Below, one piece after another: positions 60,576 through 64,000 of a stretch of 64,000 bases of DNA (positions are counted from its first letter, which is position 1; every line of letters starts with the position of its first letter). The stretch is from the NCBI GenBank assembly GCA_005798825.1, contig SYIL01000030.1, forward strand, positions 17,798 to 81,797, written 5' to 3'. A program made the position numbers and the translations under genes. The notes under the pieces are model-generated. The model was not told where the DNA came from and did not search any database. It was given only the letters and a program-made list of their open reading frames with translations. Source of the DNA: Bacteroidota bacterium. Lineage in GTDB: Bacteria; Bacteroidota; Bacteroidia; NS11-12g; UBA955.

Positions 60576-61481
60576 TTATTTAAGATCCAATAAGGATGAA
60601 CCCATTTTATAACCATCTGAATATATTTCTACGGTATATTTTCCGGTTTTGAGTTGTGCAGTGGGCTTCCAAACAGTGGGTTGGACGCTTGTGGTTGTAT
60701 TTTCAAAAACCGAGCTGATTTTATAGGTGTATTTACTCGATTTTCCGTCAATATCAAACGTTCCTCCTTGGCCACTATTTGCCAAAGTTATTCCCTCAGG
60801 TCCAGTAATTTTGATATACATGGTTTTATCACCCGCCAAAGCCACGGGGTTTTCATTGATGCTGAAACTAATTCTAAAAGCTTCTACAGACGTCGCTTTC
60901 AGGGTTCCAGTTTCTTTTCCAGTGAGCCATTTTTTCTTAAGAGTTTCGATTTTAACGGCACTGGCTTGTAAACGAGAAGCCAAGGCAATGAGTTTTGTTT
61001 TCTCTGCAGACAATTGGGTATTGTTGGTATTGAGGTTTGCATTTTGGTTTTCTAGAATGGTGTTCTTTGCTGCGAGTTCTTTATTTTCAGCCTCCAATTT
61101 TGCCAAGCGAGAAGTAAATTCTTCCAGTTGTGATGTTAAAGCATTGATGGATGATTGGCTGGTGGCCTTGTTTGTTTTTAACTCAGATACCAATTTGGCT
61201 ATTTCTTTTTTTCTTCCTATTAAGTCCTCAGAAAGAATTAAATTGTCTCCCGCAAGTGCCAGACTGTCTTGTTTGTATTGCTCCAGTAGAACTTCTGCTT
61301 TTGACAATGCTTCTTCTTTGCCTTTTAATGCAACCTCTGCCTCAGTCTTGGCTTTTTCAGTAAGATCTTGTTTGTTGCTAACATTGTTTAATAAATAAAG
61401 TAACACCAATACAATCAAAACCAACATGGCCACGATAGTGTATAAGAGACTTTTTTTGCTAGATTTGGATTCGTTTTCCAT
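60576..61481 (-). CDS. Membrane-anchored coiled-coil protein with C-terminal beta-rich domain
   Basis: 301 aa. N-terminal TM helix (LLYTIVAMLVLIVLVLLYLL), then a ~150-aa heptad-like Lys/Glu/Ala/Leu-rich segment, then a ~110-aa beta domain. Confidence 0.45.
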   Translation of the reverse strand: MENESKSSKKSLLYTIVAMLVLIVLVLLYLLNNVSNKQDLTEKAKTEAEVALKGKEEALSKAEVLLEQYKQDSLALAGDNLILSEDLIGRKKEIAKLVSELKTNKATSQSSINALTSQLEEFTSRLAKLEAENKELAAKNTILENQNANLNTNNTQLSAEKTKLIALASRLQASAVKIETLKKKWLTGKETGTLKATSVEAFRISFSINENPVALAGDKTMYIKITGPEGITLANSGQGGTFDIDGKSSKYTYKISSVFENTTTSVQPTVWKPTAQLKTGKYTVEIYSDGYKMGSSLLDLK

Positions 61482-61570
61482 ATTTTTTTAGTTATAAAAA
61501 ATAAACTTACACAATTAAAATACAAATTTCTTGCCAAAACGAATTTTAGAGTGGTGATTTGTATCCAATT

Positions 61571-62113
61571 ATGCAGATTAACGAGTTATTGCCGAATTTA
61601 TTGCTTATTAAGCCCACGATTTTCGAGGATCACCGTGGACATTTTTTCGAAAATTTTCGAGAAGACGTTCTTTCAGAGTTTGGGGTAAATGATGTTTTTA
61701 TTCAAGACAACCAAAGTTTATCCCACCGCGGAATTTTAAGGGGTTTGCATTTTCAGAGAAATCCGCATGCCCAAGGAAAACTAGTTCGCGTTATTACCGG
61801 AGCTGTATTGGATGTGGCTTTGGATATCCGAAGAGACTCTTCAACTTACGGCCAGTTTGTGGCGATTGAATTGAGTGCGGAAAATAAGCTTACCTTGTAT
61901 GTTCCTCCGGGTTTTGCGCATGGCTTCGCGACTTTACAAAACGATACAATTTTTACATACAAATGCTCTCAATATTACAACCCTTTGAGCGAGGGTGGAG
62001 TGTTGTGGAATAGCCCATCATTGGCGATACCCTGGCAACTCGAAAATCCCATTTTGTCCTATAAAGATTCACAGTTACCCGATTTTTCCGATTTTGTTAG
62101 TCCATTTCATTAA
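61571..62113 (+). CDS. rmlC: dTDP-4-dehydrorhamnose 3,5-epimerase
   Basis: ATG at 61571 (MQINELLPNLLLIKPTIFEDHRGHFFENF). Cupin motifs 'LRGLHFQ' and 'YVPPGFAHGF'. Confidence 0.85.
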   Translation: MQINELLPNLLLIKPTIFEDHRGHFFENFREDVLSEFGVNDVFIQDNQSLSHRGILRGLHFQRNPHAQGKLVRVITGAVLDVALDIRRDSSTYGQFVAIELSAENKLTLYVPPGFAHGFATLQNDTIFTYKCSQYYNPLSEGGVLWNSPSLAIPWQLENPILSYKDSQLPDFSDFVSPFH

Positions 62114-62140
62114 TTTTAAAAATACCCCATCAACCAACGT

Positions 62141-63091
62141 ATGTCAGACCAAGAGAAAACAAAATTCCTTATAGAACAACTCACAGCCAAATTTGCAATC
62201 GATGGACAGAATGTGAATGATTACCTTGAAGGGGTTTTACATGCCAACTATGAACCTTATTGGAGATACATTGCCCTAGATGCGTTGTTGGGATTGCAGC
62301 AACCCAAAACAGATATTCCGGATGAGATGGTATTTATTACCTACCACCAAATTACGGAATTATATTTCAAACTTATTCTTCACGAACTCAATCAAATAAG
62401 GGATGACGCTATGGATACTGATTGTTTTGTTGATAAAATTATACGAATTAGGAGATACCTCAACAACCTGATAGCAAGCTTTGATATCATGATTGATGGG
62501 ATGGAAAAAGAGCAATTTCTCAAATTTAGAATGGCGCTTTTACCAGCAAGTGGATTTCAGAGTGTCCAGTTTAGAATGATAGAGATGGCATTTACAGATA
62601 TGAAAAATCTTGTAGTTCAGACAAAACGTGAGGGTATTGTCAATGCTTCATTGGAAGAGCAATACAATGTAATTTATTGGAAACAGGGAGCAATGGATAT
62701 GGCCAATGACAAAAAAACGCTCACATTGACTCAGTTTGAGAAACATTACCAAAAGGAGTTACTTGCATGGGCTAAGGCTTGTCAAACCTGCAATCTGTAT
62801 CAGATCGTCCAAAAAATGATTGCAAATGGAACATTAAGCGAAAAATTGAAATCGGAACTTCGATTGTTGGATACATGTCTCAATGTAAATTGGCGACTTT
62901 CTCATTATCGATCTGCGGTTCGATATCTTTCCAATGGCAACAATAACTCAGATGTTCGCGGCACTGGTGGAACCAATTGGCAGAAATTTTTGCCACCCAA
63001 ATTTCAAAAAATAGTGTCTTTCCCTGAATTATGGAATGATCATGAATTGGCTGAATGGGGAAAGTCTTGGGTTGACGAGCAAATAGGATAA
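62141..63091 (+). CDS. kynA: Tryptophan 2,3-dioxygenase
   Basis: 316 aa. 'YWRYIALDALLGLQQP...FITYHQITELYFKLILHEL' matches the TDO N-terminal helical signature. Family-level assignment. Confidence 0.65.
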   Translation: MSDQEKTKFLIEQLTAKFAIDGQNVNDYLEGVLHANYEPYWRYIALDALLGLQQPKTDIPDEMVFITYHQITELYFKLILHELNQIRDDAMDTDCFVDKIIRIRRYLNNLIASFDIMIDGMEKEQFLKFRMALLPASGFQSVQFRMIEMAFTDMKNLVVQTKREGIVNASLEEQYNVIYWKQGAMDMANDKKTLTLTQFEKHYQKELLAWAKACQTCNLYQIVQKMIANGTLSEKLKSELRLLDTCLNVNWRLSHYRSAVRYLSNGNNNSDVRGTGGTNWQKFLPPKFQKIVSFPELWNDHELAEWGKSWVDEQIG

Positions 63092-63106
63092 ATAAAGAAA
63101 AAGAGG

Positions 63107-63442
63107 ATGGCAAATATTACTTTACTGGAAGCCCAAGAAGAAGTAGATCGCTGGATTAAAACCATTGGGGTTCGGTATTTTTCTGAACTTACCAATACGG
63201 CTGTATTGATGGAGGAAGTAGGTGAATTGGCTCGATTGATGGCTCGAAAATATGGAGATCAATCGTTTAAGACCGGAGAAAATGATGAAAATATGGGTGA
63301 TGAAATGGCAGATGTTTTATTTGTATTAATTTGTTTGGCGAACCAAACCGGTATCGATTTAACAACAGCATTTCAACGAAATATAGCGAAAAAAAACCAC
63401 CGAGACGCTTCACGACACAAAGACAATCCTAAGTTGGCTTAA
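63107..63442 (+). CDS. MazG-like nucleotide pyrophosphohydrolase
   Basis: 111 aa. 'EEVGELARL' and 'EMADVLFVLICLAN' EExxE/D motifs of the all-alpha NTP-PPase fold. Confidence 0.75.
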   Translation: MANITLLEAQEEVDRWIKTIGVRYFSELTNTAVLMEEVGELARLMARKYGDQSFKTGENDENMGDEMADVLFVLICLANQTGIDLTTAFQRNIAKKNHRDASRHKDNPKLA

Positions 63443-63521
63443 ATGTTTTCGGTTTATTTGTCTGAAAAGGGACGGGAACAGACAAACAACGCTTGTATTT
63501 AATCATTAACTTTGCATTGTT

Positions 63522-64000
63522 TTGTCAAATTCAAGTATTAGTTCTCGTAAGCAAGACCATATTCAATTGGCTTTTGAATCTCAATCGAAAGATGTAGATG
63601 ATCGTTTTTATTATGAACCCATGCTCTCGCCTCATCCCGTTGAAGGCGTTATACCGATTGTTGTCATAGCAAATATACCCATGCAAGCACCCATTTGGAT
63701 TAGTAGTATGACGGGTGGATCAGTTTTAGCGGGTAAAATAAACCAATTGCTGGCTGAAGTCTGTAAAGAATTTGGTTTGGGAATGGGTTTGGGATCTTGT
63801 AGGCCAGTTTTGGAAAATTCGAGATATATCTCTGATTTTCACATTCGAAAATATATCGGAAATCAGCCTTTGTTTGCAAATATTGGCATTGCACAAATAG
63901 AGGAACTCATTCATAAAGGCAGGTTTTCAGCATTGGTAGACATGGTAAATCGACTGGAGGCGAATGGGTTGATTGTCCATATTAATCCCCTTCAAGAATG
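63522..64000 (+). CDS. fni: Isopentenyl-diphosphate delta-isomerase, type 2 (FMN-dependent), 5' portion; continues beyond the window
   Basis: Frame open from 63510 with no stop through the window end. Translation 'RKQDHIQLAF...IPMQAPIWISSMTGGS...FANIGIAQ' matches IDI-2. There is no in-frame ATG; TTG at 63522 is the proposed start. Absent from the ORF track because it runs off the end. Confidence 0.6.
   Translation, partial: MSNSSISSRKQDHIQLAFESQSKDVDDRFYYEPMLSPHPVEGVIPIVVIANIPMQAPIWISSMTGGSVLAGKINQLLAEVCKEFGLGMGLGSCRPVLENSRYISDFHIRKYIGNQPLFANIGIAQIEELIHKGRFSALVDMVNRLEANGLIVHINPLQE

Noticed and set aside
63700-63914. Two minus-strand ORFs (63700-63894, 63726-63914)
   Set aside because: They are antisense to the clearly recognisable type-2 IPP isomerase reading frame.

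Overview
This 64 kb window reads as a Bacteroidetes-type chromosomal core region. It is roughly 40% GC, several proteins carry T9SS C-terminal sorting domains, recurrent TAnnTTTG -7 promoter-like motifs sit upstream of gene starts, and Wzx/GT4/TonB/DUF4271-type genes are present. Almost all of it is housekeeping, in window order: the C-terminal end of a putative PanB, a GNAT acetyltransferase, transaldolase, a PTPS-family gene overlapping folE, tRNA-His(GUG), a compact GT4-AsnB-Wzx glycan cassette, gdhA, psd, an orphan MetH-type homocysteine-binding module, a Leu-dehydrogenase-like gene, an ArnT/PMT-like membrane glycosyltransferase, recJ, pntAA/pntAB/pntB, two T9SS cargo proteins, a YyaL-like thioredoxin-domain protein, a secreted non-specific endonuclease, pyrD, purH, secA, a TonB-dependent receptor, hemW, a DUF4271 protein with hemD, smpB, menD, an MBL hydrolase, lpd, prfC, typA, two GT4 glycosyltransferases with recQ, a lone ABC ATPase, sucC, a ~1000-aa TPR protein, rmlC, tryptophan 2,3-dioxygenase, a MazG-like protein and the start of a type-2 IPP isomerase. 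I found no transposase, integrase, CRISPR array or obvious defence island. The candidates most worth a second look are: (a) a small secreted Cys/Lys-rich protein with CC-pair motifs; (b) the orphan MetH homocysteine module, translationally coupled to a membrane-anchored hypothetical protein; (c) a tightly packed minus-strand cluster of lone ABC ATPase, HTH-like hypothetical, recQ, GT4 and GT; (d) a conserved small CCGSGCRHCP-motif protein between secA and purH; (e) small tandem repeats. All calls rest on reading the ORF translations and motifs by eye. No database search was run, and hand-counted coordinates for non-CDS features may be off by 1-2 nt.
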